Below are positions 23,057 to 35,560 of a DNA stretch of 64,000 nucleotides, piece after piece. Position 1 is the first letter of the stretch. Each line of letters begins with the position of its first letter. Position numbers and translations under genes: made by a program. Location: the NCBI GenBank assembly GCA_047495785.1, contig JBLDXI010000012.1, positions 1-64,000 of the forward strand, given 5' to 3'. Source of the stretch: Lepidodermella squamata (taxonomy: Eukaryota; Animalia; Gastrotricha). Under the pieces are notes generated by a model. The model searched no databases and was not told where the DNA came from. It saw only the letters and a program-made list of their open reading frames with translations.

Positions 23057-25003
23057 TTTTTGTGGGTATAAATTGCTTAAAAAACCTAGTATATCGAATT
23101 AAAAGGTGATAAAATAGTAAAACGCGGCAATTAATTTCCGAGGTCACGAGCATATAATGAGGCGGAAGGAAGGCGGATATTCCGCTTATAGCTCTCAGGG
23201 TGAGTTGCAAAATTTTAAACGCGCTTCTAGAGAAAAAAACATGGGCGATTGAACCATCGGCAAATCGTGCGGAAGAGGTGCGAAGAGAAAAAATTAGCCA
23301 AGAGGTTATTAGCCACGTGCGTCGTGCCAGCAGAATATAATTGAAGTTCGACCGCGCCTTGAGTTTGCGAGGGAGTTCGCTGGCCTGCTAATCAGAAACG
23401 TTTACAACACCGCGTCATCCAAGTTAGCGACAAAAAACGTGATAATTTATACAAATAATGACCCGTTAGTAAGTAAAGCAGTAACATGGCGTGGTGAATT
23501 AAAAATTATGAAAATCAAAATTCGGTGTGGGGGAAATAATATTTGTTGAATCACGGATTAAAATGAAGAAAAATGTTATTTCAGATGTTTACACCTCGAT
23601 ACTTGTTATGCATCAAAGAAAGTGTGTCAAAAAACAAGTAGGTAAATCTATTTTTCAAATTGACATGGGACAATCTGCTAATGGCAAAACAAGTTGTTTT
23701 CATATTTCATCGGCGTCAACTTGTTACTTCCGATAGAAAGCGCAGGATTTCCTGATATCGATTGACTTGCCAAGCCTTGAAGATCTTCAACGATGATCGA
23801 TTCCGTAAAAATTAATTCGGATTTTTGTCGCTATTTCTATCAATTATCCTCTGAAATGAGGTAATCATTACAAGAAATTGAGCGTATTTTTAGTTGAAGA
23901 TTAATATTTTCGTCACTCAGACGTTGACCTTGAAAATCCTCGTTGTTTGAATTTCGCACTCTTGTTCACACAAAAAATGGAAAAATTGTCGTTATTAACC
24001 GTGATGAAATTTTTTTTACGGGGCCAAAAAGGTGACTTGCAATATCGAAGCCACTCATGCGTGGCTAAAACTCTCGCAATCTTTCACCATTCAGCCGGGT
24101 TTCCATGATAAACCGCCGTCAGCTTTTTCAGCAGAAATAAATTATCGACAATTCAGTATTCTTTTTGGAAGACTTAAAAATTGTTGCTATGCCTACCTCA
24201 TTTTATTTGGAAAATTTCAAGTTCATTTCTGCCCTAAAAAACGCTCTGATAGAGATAATTTTTTCCAAATCTCATAACGGGTCACAGCCGATTTTTTTCC
24301 AGCACTGATGTTCAAAAAGATCGAAATCATTTAATCGTTAAAGTACAGGACTTAGAATTAAATTAAAATAAAGTGAAGAGCGCAAGCGCTTGAATGTCAA
24401 GTTCGGAAGTTCTGAGTGAAACCCGAGACAGAAGTATGACGATTTTCGTTCTTTTCGGGTGACAGGTGACACTCGTGTTAACCTGAGTGATATATTTGTC
24501 TGACGGCAAATCGTCAGGACCCATTTTCATCAAATTGTAGTGTTCCACTTTACGGCAGAATTATTTTATAAAAAAAAGTCGGAGCTTCGAAGTTTCCGTT
24601 CTCAAAAAAGCCGAAAACTTGCCGATTTTCGCGATGAGAATTTTCAGTCTTTCACCAAAGCTGCTGTTTACCGATCGGCGACTTCCGTCAAATCCCTGAA
24701 AAAAGACACGTCTATAGCGATTAATAACTCGACGATAGTGTGATCCATTTTATCGATAACCTGTCTGTTGCCTAAATACCTAAATCCCACGCATCCTCAC
24801 CATGCTCGTCATTCGAGTCATGTGCTCTACTAAGTTCGGCGAAAAAACCCGGAAAAAACGGAAGAGAACAGTTAATTATAATGTTCCACTGCATTATTTT
24901 TAGCTGAGGAGCCATTAACATCTAATTATCTAAGCTGTTTATGTCTGAGGAGTAACGAACTTGACTGCTATATACGCTTTAGATCACCTCAGTCTCGCTA
25001 AAA

Positions 25004-25393
25004 ATGAATTTGATTTTCCAACTTTTCCTTACTACGTTTGCTTTCGTTTACGCAGTTTCGGCTTTCGGTTCTTTGAACGACATTTCAGACGACATTGCAG
25101 CTAGCCGAAATTCTGCGGACGCGACGGACGACATCGACGGGGCGGTGCCCTATCGTGAGAATTGGGAATCGCTCAAAAATCTGCTCGCAACTGACCGGCG
25201 AGTTTACAAAATGGTTCAGAACTCGCTAGCCGATCAGCAGACGTTGATAAAACAACGGCGGCAGAAAGCTTTGAAAGAACTGCGCCAACGACTCAATTTA
25301 CATAACGCCACTTCACCGCATGGTAACCGGCGGCGAAAGTTGCGAAAGTTCGAATACGTTCAAATGGTGGAAGAAATAAATTTGCCCCACTGA
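25004..25393 (+). CDS. Secreted LxDIND-motif protein (FGSLND subfamily)
   Basis: Signal peptide, FGSLNDISDDIA, C-terminal RKLRKFEYVQMVEEIN. Confidence 0.85.
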   Translation: MNLIFQLFLTTFAFVYAVSAFGSLNDISDDIAASRNSADATDDIDGAVPYRENWESLKNLLATDRRVYKMVQNSLADQQTLIKQRRQKALKELRQRLNLHNATSPHGNRRRKLRKFEYVQMVEEINLPH

Positions 25394-27112
25394 ATCTTTA
25401 ACCTTATCCCATTGATTGGAAAATATTACGCTGGATCGGACATTTTTCAAAAGGATTAATAAAATTTTACGCAGGCTTAATTTTTATGGTTAATTCGTGA
25501 CTTTTTCTGAATTGTTTAATTTAATTTGAACTTCGGACTTGTTCAAGTCGTCGAAAAGTTCGCACTGTGGTATATTTTTCGGTTTCGGCCACTTTCAGCT
25601 TCGAGCCATGTGAATTCTTTTAGGCCTTTTTATAGGCGGCGATCTTATAGGCTAGAAAGCCCTCCTGTCGGAAATCGGCGGACCGAGCTGGAGTTTTTCA
25701 AAAAATTGGGTCAAATTCGTTGCAAGTGGGCCCAAGTCATAGCCTGGTTTAGGGAGATCCGGCGAAACTCGTCTCATAAACTCCACTTCCCCAATAGGGA
25801 TTAATACCCTGGTTAATATCGTTAGCGACGTTGAATAACTCGGATTTAGGCTTGTTTACCTCCGTTTCAAGGTGAGAGGTGACAAGTAAAAAGTCTTTTA
25901 TTTTTGCCTCTTCATTTACGCAAAAAGCCGCTTTTTACTCTACATATGTCATATGTAGAGTTCTGCTAAGGTCTCCTCTAGGATTGAAGATCATGATAAA
26001 TCTTTGCAAGAACGACTTGGAACTTGGATCTTTTATGATTGCACTTCATAAGGATCTTTGAAGAAATGAAAAAAGCAGGTCACTGAGGGCATTCACTTGA
26101 AATGAGGGTTATTTTCGAAGCCGTCCAGCAGTCGATAACGTCAGCCTTATCTGACGGAAAATGGCGCAAAGTTTAAAATTGCTCATAATTACATGTGACC
26201 TACTTTTTGCCAGTAGCTTTTTCTATTGCTATGATTCATTTCCAATTCTAAGGATTTGCGACAGGGACCAGTTTCGATTTTTCCCAATTATCGGCGATCA
26301 ACCGGGTGAAATTAGGAATTTTGCTCAAGGGAAAAAGAAGTTTCCCTTCCCAACAACCACCTTAAAACTGGCGAAAACAAGCTTGAGTCCGCCTTTTTCA
26401 AAGACGCTAACGATGTGGCACTCAGACATGGAAAAACTAGTTTTTTCCAGAATTGGAATTTCTTGATATACCCAACTCAAACCGACATGTTTTCACCTGA
26501 TTTTTAAAAACTGTGTAAGACAACAAATTAAGTACTATGTGCCTATTATTATACCTAATGCGAATATTTAGACAGTCGTTAGTCGTTAATGCAAATAATC
26601 GTAATTTAAATTACACTGACACATCATCGCATTATATGATTTGATGTCCTTTACCTGTTAACCCGGTCACTGTTGCTCCAACGAGACCTGAATGAGCCCA
26701 GACCCATACCGGTGATCTTTTCTACCTGTCGGTTTACACAACTCTGATGGCACTTGCAGGTCGGCTATATGTCTGGGTTCTCCGGATTTGATCTAATAGA
26801 CATTAGATTCTTATTCTCGGATTTCCCAATCTCGTGTTATACGAATCCTAGACGGAGACAACTGATTAGTGATGTACCAGACGAATATAGATCACGGATT
26901 TCATATACTCATCTCTTCATGTTGACTTTGTGTCCTTTCAGCCGAATTATTAGGGTAATAGCTTCGGTGACTTGAAATTTTATAATTGAATTAATTGAAT
27001 TAGAATTTTGTAACCCAAGGTTCGGAGATATATAGGCTGAGCAGATCATGATCTAATCATTTTCTGACGATTTAGAACCGAGTGAAGCTAAGTCTGTTTT
27101 TATCTGCATTTT

Positions 27113-27505
27113 ATGATGATCCTCTACTTGCCTATTCTATTCTCGACTTGCTTCTTCGCAAGCTCTGTCCTGTCATTCGGATCTCTCAGCGATATTTCAG
27201 ACGACATCGCCTTGAGTAAGGACCAAGAGGAACTTTCTCCAAGCGATAACGAGGAAACAGTTGTCCCTGCTCGCTTCAAATGGGACGCTATTCGAAACCT
27301 GAATCTAGCATCTGATCCCAAGGTCTACAAACTAGTGAAGCATGCCCTCGGCAACAAGCTCAAGCGTAGTCGACTGATAGCTCGAAGCAAACTTCGCGAG
27401 CAGTTTGGGCTGGGAAAATCTAACAAAATCACGACAACTCGACGACCTAAATTGCGAAAGTTCGAACGCGTGGAACAAGTCGCCGATATAAACATTGCAG
27501 CCTAA
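27113..27505 (+). CDS. Secreted LxDIND-motif protein (FGSLND subfamily)
   Basis: Signal peptide, FGSLSDISDDIA, KLRKFERVEQVADINIAA. Confidence 0.85.
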   Translation: MMILYLPILFSTCFFASSVLSFGSLSDISDDIALSKDQEELSPSDNEETVVPARFKWDAIRNLNLASDPKVYKLVKHALGNKLKRSRLIARSKLREQFGLGKSNKITTTRRPKLRKFERVEQVADINIAA

Positions 27506-28288
27506 AAATTTTGCCTAGAACTTGCGTTTTTAGTAACAAATAAAACAAAATGACCGTTAACCATTGGAAAGTTGGGTTTGGCGAATTTTCTAAATTTTCC
27601 ATTCATCAAACAATCAGCGATGTAAAAAATCACAGCAATAGTTACGGTACGGCGACAAAACAGCAACCTCGCAAAAGAGCGAATGCGACAAAACAGCAAC
27701 CTCGCAGAAGAGCGAATGCGACAAAACAGCAAATTTTTTATTAAGCGATAAAACAGCTAAAACTTACCATTAAAAGATGCATCGTATTTCTGCTGTTTTG
27801 CCGCAAGTTGAAAAATTTGCTGTTTTGTCGCGTTGGCTGTATTGGGTATTTGCTGTTATGACGGTCTGCCGGTCACTTTTGTTCCATTCAGACCTGACTC
27901 AGACCGGAACCATACCGGCGACTTGTTTTTCTACCTGCCGGCTTATACACAACTGGCACTTGCAGGTCCTGGATTCTCCGCATTCGATCTAGTCATATCC
28001 TCCCGACGACGATATGCTCCGATTTCCGAATCTCGTGCTACGAATCCTAGATGTAGACAAATTATTCGTGCTGTACCAGACAAATATAGAGCACGAATTT
28101 CACACTCATCTCTTCATCATGTTGGCGTGGTGTCCTTTCAGCGCATCTGTGTGAAGCCTTGATGATTCGAAATTCTATAATCTAGTAATTCAAGGGTCGG
28201 ATATACACTAAGCAGATGCGCATTTTCTGACAGTTTAAAACCGGCGAAACTAAGCCACAATTTGTCAGTATTTATCTGCGTTTTAAAG

Positions 28289-28678
28289 ATGATGATTTAC
28301 TTGCCTATAATTTTCTCGACTTGCTTCTTCGCAAGCTCTGTCTTGTCTTTCGGAGCTCTCAACGATATTTCAGATGACATCGCCTTGAGTAAGGACCAAG
28401 AGGAACTTTCTCCAAGCGACAGCGAGGAAACAGTTGTCCCAGTTCGCTACAATTGGGACGCTATCCGAAACCTGAATCTAGCCTCTGATCTCAAAATCTA
28501 CAAACTCGTACAGCAGGCCCTCGGCAGTAAGCTCAAGCTTGGTCGGCAACTGGCGCTAAGAAAACTTCGCCAGCAGTTGGGGCTTGGAAAATCTATCGAA
28601 AGCGCGGCACCTCGAAGACGCAAATTGCGAAAGTTCGAACGCGTGGAATACGTCGCCGATATAAACATTGCAGCCTAA
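28289..28678 (+). CDS. Secreted LxDIND-motif protein, tandem duplicate of 27113-27505
   Basis: Close paralogue; upstream DNA also duplicated (26660-27110 resembles 27865-28288). Confidence 0.85.
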   Translation: MMIYLPIIFSTCFFASSVLSFGALNDISDDIALSKDQEELSPSDSEETVVPVRYNWDAIRNLNLASDLKIYKLVQQALGSKLKLGRQLALRKLRQQLGLGKSIESAAPRRRKLRKFERVEYVADINIAA

Positions 28679-28718
28679 ACATTTCGCCTAGTAACTCAAA
28701 TAAAACAAATTAATAATA

Positions 28719-29995
28719 TCTCTCCATTGAGCACTTTTGCTCAATTGCACAACTTGTGCTCAAAATGCTCAATTCGTGCTCAATTCGTGCTCAATTTCTG
28801 CGCAATTTGTGCTCGACGGCGGTCTGAACCTATTGCAAGTGCTCAATTTGTGCGCAACAGCATAACAGGTTCTCATTAAGCACTCCGAAGATTACGAGGA
28901 TGAGTGTGAAGGCATTGGTTCGATTCCTGCTCGCGAAAAAAGCTATGAAACTGTGGCCACTGGTTCGCATCCCACCCGTCTCAATGATTTTTTTTTTAAT
29001 TTTTTTTTTAATTTTCCCAATTTTCGTTCAATGGCAAAGGGCTCAATGCGGATTCTGGCAATTTTTAGAACTGCCAAAGTTGCTAAATTGTCAACAAAAG
29101 AAATGAAATTATCGATAAGTTGATTTTTCAATGGAATAGATTTATGAGGAACCAGTGGCGCAATGGATTGCGGCTTTGAAGGCCTTGGCCACTGGTTCGA
29201 TTCCCACCCGCGACTGATTTTTTTCAAAATAAAATTAAGTCATTAGGGATCGGTGCTTAATGTGGTGCTCACGATCTGCTCAAAGGATGCTCGAAGAATG
29301 CTTTAAGCCGCGCAACGTGCTTGAAGAAAGGTCTCGATTCGTGCTCAATGTGCACAACGCTGCTTAAGGGAGCGCTCAACAGTGCTTAACGGAATGCTCA
29401 AAGATGCTCAGCAAAATTGAGCACAGGGTCGCGGTGGTGCACAACGAATGCTCGATTCCTGCTCGCGAAAAAAGCTATGAAACTGTGGCCACTGGTTCGC
29501 ATCCCACCCGTCTCAATGATTTTTTTTTTAATTTTTTTTTTAATTTTCCCAATTTTCGTTCAATGGCAAAGGGCTCAATGCGGATTCTGGCAATTTTTAG
29601 AACTGCCAAAGTTGCTAAATTGTCAACAAAAGAAATGAAATTATCGATAAGTTGATTTTTCAATGGAATAGATTTATGAGGAACCAGTGGCGCAATTGAT
29701 TGCGGCTTTGAAGGCCTTGGCCACTGGTTCGATTCCCACCCGCGACTGATTTTTTTCAAAATAAAATTAAGTCATTAGGGATCGGTGCTTAATGTGGTGC
29801 TCACGATCTGCTCAAAGGATGCTCGAAGAATGCTTTAAGCCGCGCAACGTGCTTGAAGAAAGGTCTCGATTCGTGCTCAATGTGCACAACGCTGCTTAAG
29901 GGAGCGCTCAACAGTGCTTAACGGAATGCTCAAAGATGCTCAGCAAAATTGAGCACAGGGTCGCGGTGGTGCACAACGAATGCTCAAAGGAGAGA
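28719..29995. mobile_element. Non-autonomous TIR element with internal 532-bp tandem duplication and tRNA-like boxes
   Basis: TIR TCTCTCCATTGAGCA / TGCTCAAAGGAGAGA flanked by TA; GTGCTCAA subterminal repeats; 28920-29451 nearly identical to 29452-29983. Confidence 0.75.
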
Positions 29996-31376
29996 TAATG
30001 GTAATACAGTGGACAAATATAATGGCTTCACTAAAATTATAGTAGATTAGATTCGGGCAGCTTCAATACACTTTGTCAAACTAATTTTTCCTTTTTGTTT
30101 GAAAATCCAAGAAGATATATTCGATAAATTCCGATCAGAGCTTGACAGTCAGCATTTTATCCAACTTTTTGCGTCAAAAAATCGAAGGGGTTTTACTTTT
30201 TGGGACGGAGTCGTTGAGAAAAGGTCATTGCATAATTTATGATTTTTTTAACTTAAGGCCATATAGCGCAATTTTATTCGAATGTCAAATTAATTTCACT
30301 TACACATCCTTTCATATCTTGTTCAATACATTTTATGTGAGTTTTTTACATGACGTTTTTCGAATATTTCTACCGCATACTATCCCGTTCCGAACCGGAC
30401 ACTCCTTTTCTGAGCAAAACACCGTAGTTATTCGATGAGAAGTCTAGAGGTAACCTATAGCGTCAAGTTTGCGGAGAAGAAACGAATTTCGGAAAAAAAT
30501 TGTCAAGCCGAACTTGAATATCTTACGTTTATGACCCGTTTTACTTCTGGACATTTTATCGAATGCAATTATGGCGGTTTGCTAAGAAAAGCCATGTGAT
30601 ATTGTCCGTTTGAAACGGGATAGCCTCGTGGAAATATCCCCACAAATTGAACAAACCTTAATATAAATGTACTGGACATTCTGTAAACATGAATGAACCG
30701 GACAAACCACGCATTCGGAAACAGCCTTGCTAAGGACAGTTTTTGGTGATTTTTGTTTCTGCCGCATTCCTCATCCCTTATACTAACTTTGACCCGGAAG
30801 TAGACTGAAAAAATTATTTCGCACAGATTTTGCATCTCAAGCTCTCCAATCGCCTTATTTTGGGACAGAGAGTCGTTCTGAAATAGCTGCTCATTTTAGG
30901 TAGGTACATTTCATGATTGATGGAAAAATCATGAATTACAAGCGGCTGCAATGAACCAGGGCAGCGATTATGAATTCAAATTTCAAATTAATTAAGGTGT
31001 CGTATTTCAATTTTTCATCATTCATCATTAAAACGCATATTCGAGCATATTTTTTGCGCGCACAGGAGTATGGACGCGGAAGTAGTAGCGCATCTCTCCA
31101 ATAAGTGCACATTTTTGTCTTGCGACAACTATTGAAAACACACTATAATATATATTAGAACGGTGACGCCGGGTGGTCTGAGATCCGAGAGATAGTTTTA
31201 TTGTGGACACATTTCAAGACCCCCACTGAGACAACTGCAATCAGACTGCCAATTTATTTGCACACTCAAAATTTGCAATCACTGTCACAGCTAAATTTTC
31301 ACTTTCAATGCAAATTAGATCCCACTAAAATAATTTCGGTTTTTTATTTTTTCTAGATTTGTTTGCAAATTATAAA

Positions 31377-31724
31377 ATGAAACTTAAGTCACCTTTGATT
31401 CATGCTGCAATTTTTTATGCAATTCTAGACGTCATTCTCGCGTTTGGTTCGCTCAATGACATCGCCGACGACATTGCGAACAGCCATCAGGAGAAGAGCC
31501 CCCAAGCCGATGGGTGGAGCATGGGCTCGATAATTCGGCAGATGAAAAACCCCAGCGTCTACAGAATCGTCGAGCAAAGCCTGGGCGAATTCGGCGATGA
31601 AAAAACGCGAGCAAAACTGCGCCGCATGAAGCAGAAAAGCAGCGATAAAAAATCGAAAAACGACAAAAAAATGAAAAAATTTCAGAAGGTTGAATATGTT
31701 GATGACATAAATATTAGTGATTAA
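31377..31724 (+). CDS. Secreted LxDIND-motif protein (FGSLND subfamily)
   Basis: Signal peptide, FGSLNDIADDIA, KMKKFQKVEYVDDINI. Confidence 0.85.
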   Translation: MKLKSPLIHAAIFYAILDVILAFGSLNDIADDIANSHQEKSPQADGWSMGSIIRQMKNPSVYRIVEQSLGEFGDEKTRAKLRRMKQKSSDKKSKNDKKMKKFQKVEYVDDINISD

Positions 31725-31832
31725 TACTCATAATTATTCATTATTTATTCTTCTTCTATAAAAAATATTTCGATAGCGAAATTTAGTTTAAGGGGGATGA
31801 GATTTAGATTTTTTTCATCAAGTAAAAACTGC

Positions 31833-34800
31833 CTATTGCAAGACTGAGTTATCGTATCTTGACGTAGCGTCCTTGTCAACCGACTCGGAATTTTTAGCCA
31901 GAATATCGGCGATTATCGGATTTCCGCCCGAAATCAAGTAACTATTCACAAACAGCTTAGTCACCTTATCGGCTCCGTAGGTGAACAACAAATCAACGAT
32001 TTGGTAACTTTTCGCAACTTGAATAGCATTCATCATCGGAGTTTGGCCTTGATTATCAGGAATGTTAACGTAATCAGCCGCTGTATCGCCTAGAACTAAT
32101 TCACAAATATCATCCGACCCGCTGATTACGGCGTAGTTCAGAGCTGTACTTCCGTTAATATCTCGCCTAGCAAAAGTTTGATCAGCTCCATTGTCAACCA
32201 ATAACTTGACAACATCCGCATTTTGCCTGATAACTGCGATCATCAACGGTGTTTGCTTATTTCCGAATTCCTGCTGGAAAGCTGCATCAGCCCCTTTATC
32301 CAACAGCAGTGCTACGGCATCGGTATCGTTCCAAAACGCGGCCAACATCAGTGGGGAATAACCATTAGTAGCCTCGGTGACATTAGGCGAAGCTCCTCGA
32401 TCTAGGAATAGCTTCAGAACTCGATTCCTACTAGAGCTAGTGATGTTGCATTGCAGGGCTCGAATCAAAGCCGTGGCGTGGCTAACATTGACCAGGCAAC
32501 GGGTTAAATTGCGAGGGTCAGCCCAGTTAACATCCAAATCGGGATTTTGAGTCAGAAGTTGGCTGACAAACTTGAAGTCACCCTTAGCAGCCGAATCACC
32601 CAGTTGGCGCCCAACAGTTTCAGCATCACCCTGTAAAAAAATTGCTAAGTTATCATAAAACTACTTCACAGAACTTGAGCTTGGTAACAATTTTTGAGCT
32701 ACGGAGTGGATATTCGTACTTAAATTAAGAACGGGTTTTTTGACTATTCGAAGTTAGAAGGGGTTCCAGTAACGGATAATTAAAAATGTTTGCGTAAAAT
32801 ATTCTACGCTTGAAACTGCGGCCAACAACTGAATCTTGAGCTTCCCGACCTTTCTGAAAGGTTCCACTTACTTTCATCAGCTAAAAATGCATACACTGGA
32901 ATCGTTTTTTCAAACCAGTTGAAGTATGAGCCTTATACCTAGTTTCAAGCGTAGAATATTTTGTGCAAGAAATTTTCAATTATCCGCTACTGGAAGTACG
33001 AATAGACAAAAACGTTTACTTATTCAAGTGCGAACCGATCCTATTTTTTATATATTATTTTCATTTTTTGAACCTGAGGCAAGATGATAGCTGAACAATT
33101 GCTCGTCAATGATGACCAATTTCCGGATGATAAGCAGGTGAAGGTCGGAATTCCGGTGATTTGATAGCCAGGTTTACACGTAATTCGCCGGATTGTGCCA
33201 ACTTCGACTGGCCCGGGCTCAATGAACCCGTTATTCACAACTGGAAGCTTTGAATTCGAGCAAACTTTTCAGGAGAAAAGCAGGAAAAATAATTTAAACA
33301 AAATACCAATTATTTCTACTTACCTATTTTTTCGCAAAATATATTCAATGGCGACCAGGTGAAGTTAGCCAAGCATTTCAAAACTCCACCATTTGGCATA
33401 GCATAGCCCGGATTGCATTGAAGTTGCCTCGTCGCACCAACCGTGAAATCAACATTCGAGCTATCGAACCTTCCGTTCGTTATATTAGGAACAGGTCCAC
33501 AAGCTATTCACAATCTCAAGGCTTAAGACTGAACCTAGGGATATATCAAACTCACAGTTTCGAATACATTTGAAGTTGAGAAGTGGATCCCATTCTTCAG
33601 GCGAAATGCACATGCTTGTTGTGGCGGTGTCGTTTAGAGATTCTGAGAATCCGAAATTCGGCCTGCATCGAAATGTAACCCGTTTACCAACGTTTACACG
33701 ACTCATAGGAGCTAATGGGGTTCCTAGGTCAGAATCCGAGGCAGAACCGTTGCTGAACTCTGGCACGGTGCACTAGATTAGAAAAATTAAAAAAAATCGA
33801 TAAAGAAATTAGAGAAATAAGCTCACAATAGGTGGAAGCCGGGTTCGGGTATCAGCCTGGGTCCAATTTCCCATAATTTCCCGAATCCATGGGAGAGCTT
33901 CGCAAACTCGGGCATAAACCCCCGGCCATCCACTTCCGCACGGCATTTGGCCGAAAGAGACTACCCCAATCACGTGGACCCGGCCATTTTTTTCGCACAT
34001 CAAAGGCGCGCCACTGTCTCCACCGCAAGTATCAGGGTTGCTACTGCCACTAGAAATCGGACCAGCGCAAACGTGGATCCTCGTCAAGTTCGAGTATGCG
34101 CCATTCCCCATGCAGTCAGATCTTGAATAAATTCTTAGGTCGATCTTTTTCAGCGTAGAATTGGCCGCATTCCCCCAACCAGCGGCTGAGACTAAGCCAC
34201 AGCCATCTATCGTGTCAGAATCGCCCCCGATCGCTGCATCCCTTTCGCATTGCAAGGCGTTACTCGCGTTTCCAGATGGTAAACATACCGGCCGGACAAA
34301 TTCGTTGATTGTAGCCCGATCGTCAAGTTTTATGAGGGCGTAGTCGTAATATTGCCCCGATTGAGTTTTGAAGTACTGCTTATGAACGAACACGTCCGAC
34401 ATTGATGGGTAGCGTTTTTGCATCCCTTCAGGATTTCGACTGCCGAAATTGCTTACTCCTAGGGTGACTGTGATGCTGAAAAGAAAAATAATATTTTTAA
34501 CCTGAATTTGGACACTTTGAGCCTGAATTGTACAAAACTGATACAAAGCGGCAAATTTCCCTGAAAAATAGCTCGGCTTTCCAGCGGTACAAAATTTTCC
34601 AAAACTTTCCAAAATCACGAGAAAAATTGCGCAACAGCGAATAAAATTTGCGTAAGGTCTAATTAGCATATGCAAATGAGGTGTTTTAATTTGGGGCCTT
34701 ATGTCCAAATTTAGAGAGGCTTCTTCACCTATTTCTTAAAAATTAGGATGAGCTCTGAAATTTCTCAAAATTTACCAGTCGATCAAGAATCTTCGCCCCA

Positions 34801-35560
34801 ATGTTTCGCATTTTTTCCAAATTTTCCAGACGAAAGGCTAATTTTTAATGTGTTTTGTCCAAAGTTAGGGCCTGTTACGGTAAAGTTTTGAATTTGAGTG
34901 CTTACTTTTTTTTAATTTTCTTAATTTAATTTAGATTCTTAAATTTTAAAATTTACCTGCTAACCACCCATTCCCGAAAGCAATGAGCCGCTGATAATAG
35001 CCAACTTTCATCGATTAAAGTAGCTACGCAATAGACTGGATTGATTTCACCGGGCTTGAAAATCTCCAATCTAGCCTAAAATTCGAAGAATTTATTTTTC
35101 AAGCAAGTATTATCAGCTTGATTTCTTACCATCCAGGGATATTCCCCTTGGAATGAGAGGCTTCCTCCACTGACTTTTGCGCCTATTGGTGACACTCCGC
35201 ACATGCCTCGGAAATTCTCCAGATACCCTGAGAAATACGTTATTTTTGCGAAAGGTGATGTAGGAAAATTTGCCAACTTTCTACTCCGACGCAAGGGCTG
35301 ATGGGCAGGGTGAAATTTCCAGAAGCACTGCATGAAACCGATCTCGGGCTGGAAGGCATTAGGTAAAAATCGTCCGAACATTTGATAGCCACTGCAACTC
35401 CAGTTTCAACTGATGTCGAAGGCCGCAGTATCGCATCCGTGCCATTCAGCGTCAATTTTGTGGTAGATGGCAATCGAGGAATGGAGCAAGCCGTGTTGGC
35501 TCCTAAAACATGAATTGCTAACAGAAGAACAAATTGCAGCACTTCTAAATTCGTGTTCAT
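31833..35560 (-). CDS. Secreted S1 serine protease: signal-sushi-trypsin-3x sushi-ankyrin repeats (8 exons)
   Basis: K|VSGG activation site, YPWM, SAAHC, YDYALIKL, DTCGGDSGAP, WPGVY; four CCP modules; phase-0 splice into the ankyrin exon at 32630. Confidence 0.82.
32710..33005. mobile_element. Palindromic MITE-like repeat in a protease intron
   Basis: Inverted arms at 32760-32820 and 32940-32995; related copy at ~19990-20075. Confidence 0.6.

Noticed and set aside
27650-27735. ORF with repeated ATKQQPR units
   Set aside because: 33-bp tandem repeat of a small inverted-repeat element, not credible coding sequence.
28900-29759. Duplicated 68-94 aa ORFs and a functional tRNA gene
   Set aside because: They lie within a duplicated repeat; no acceptor stem or full cloverleaf is evident.
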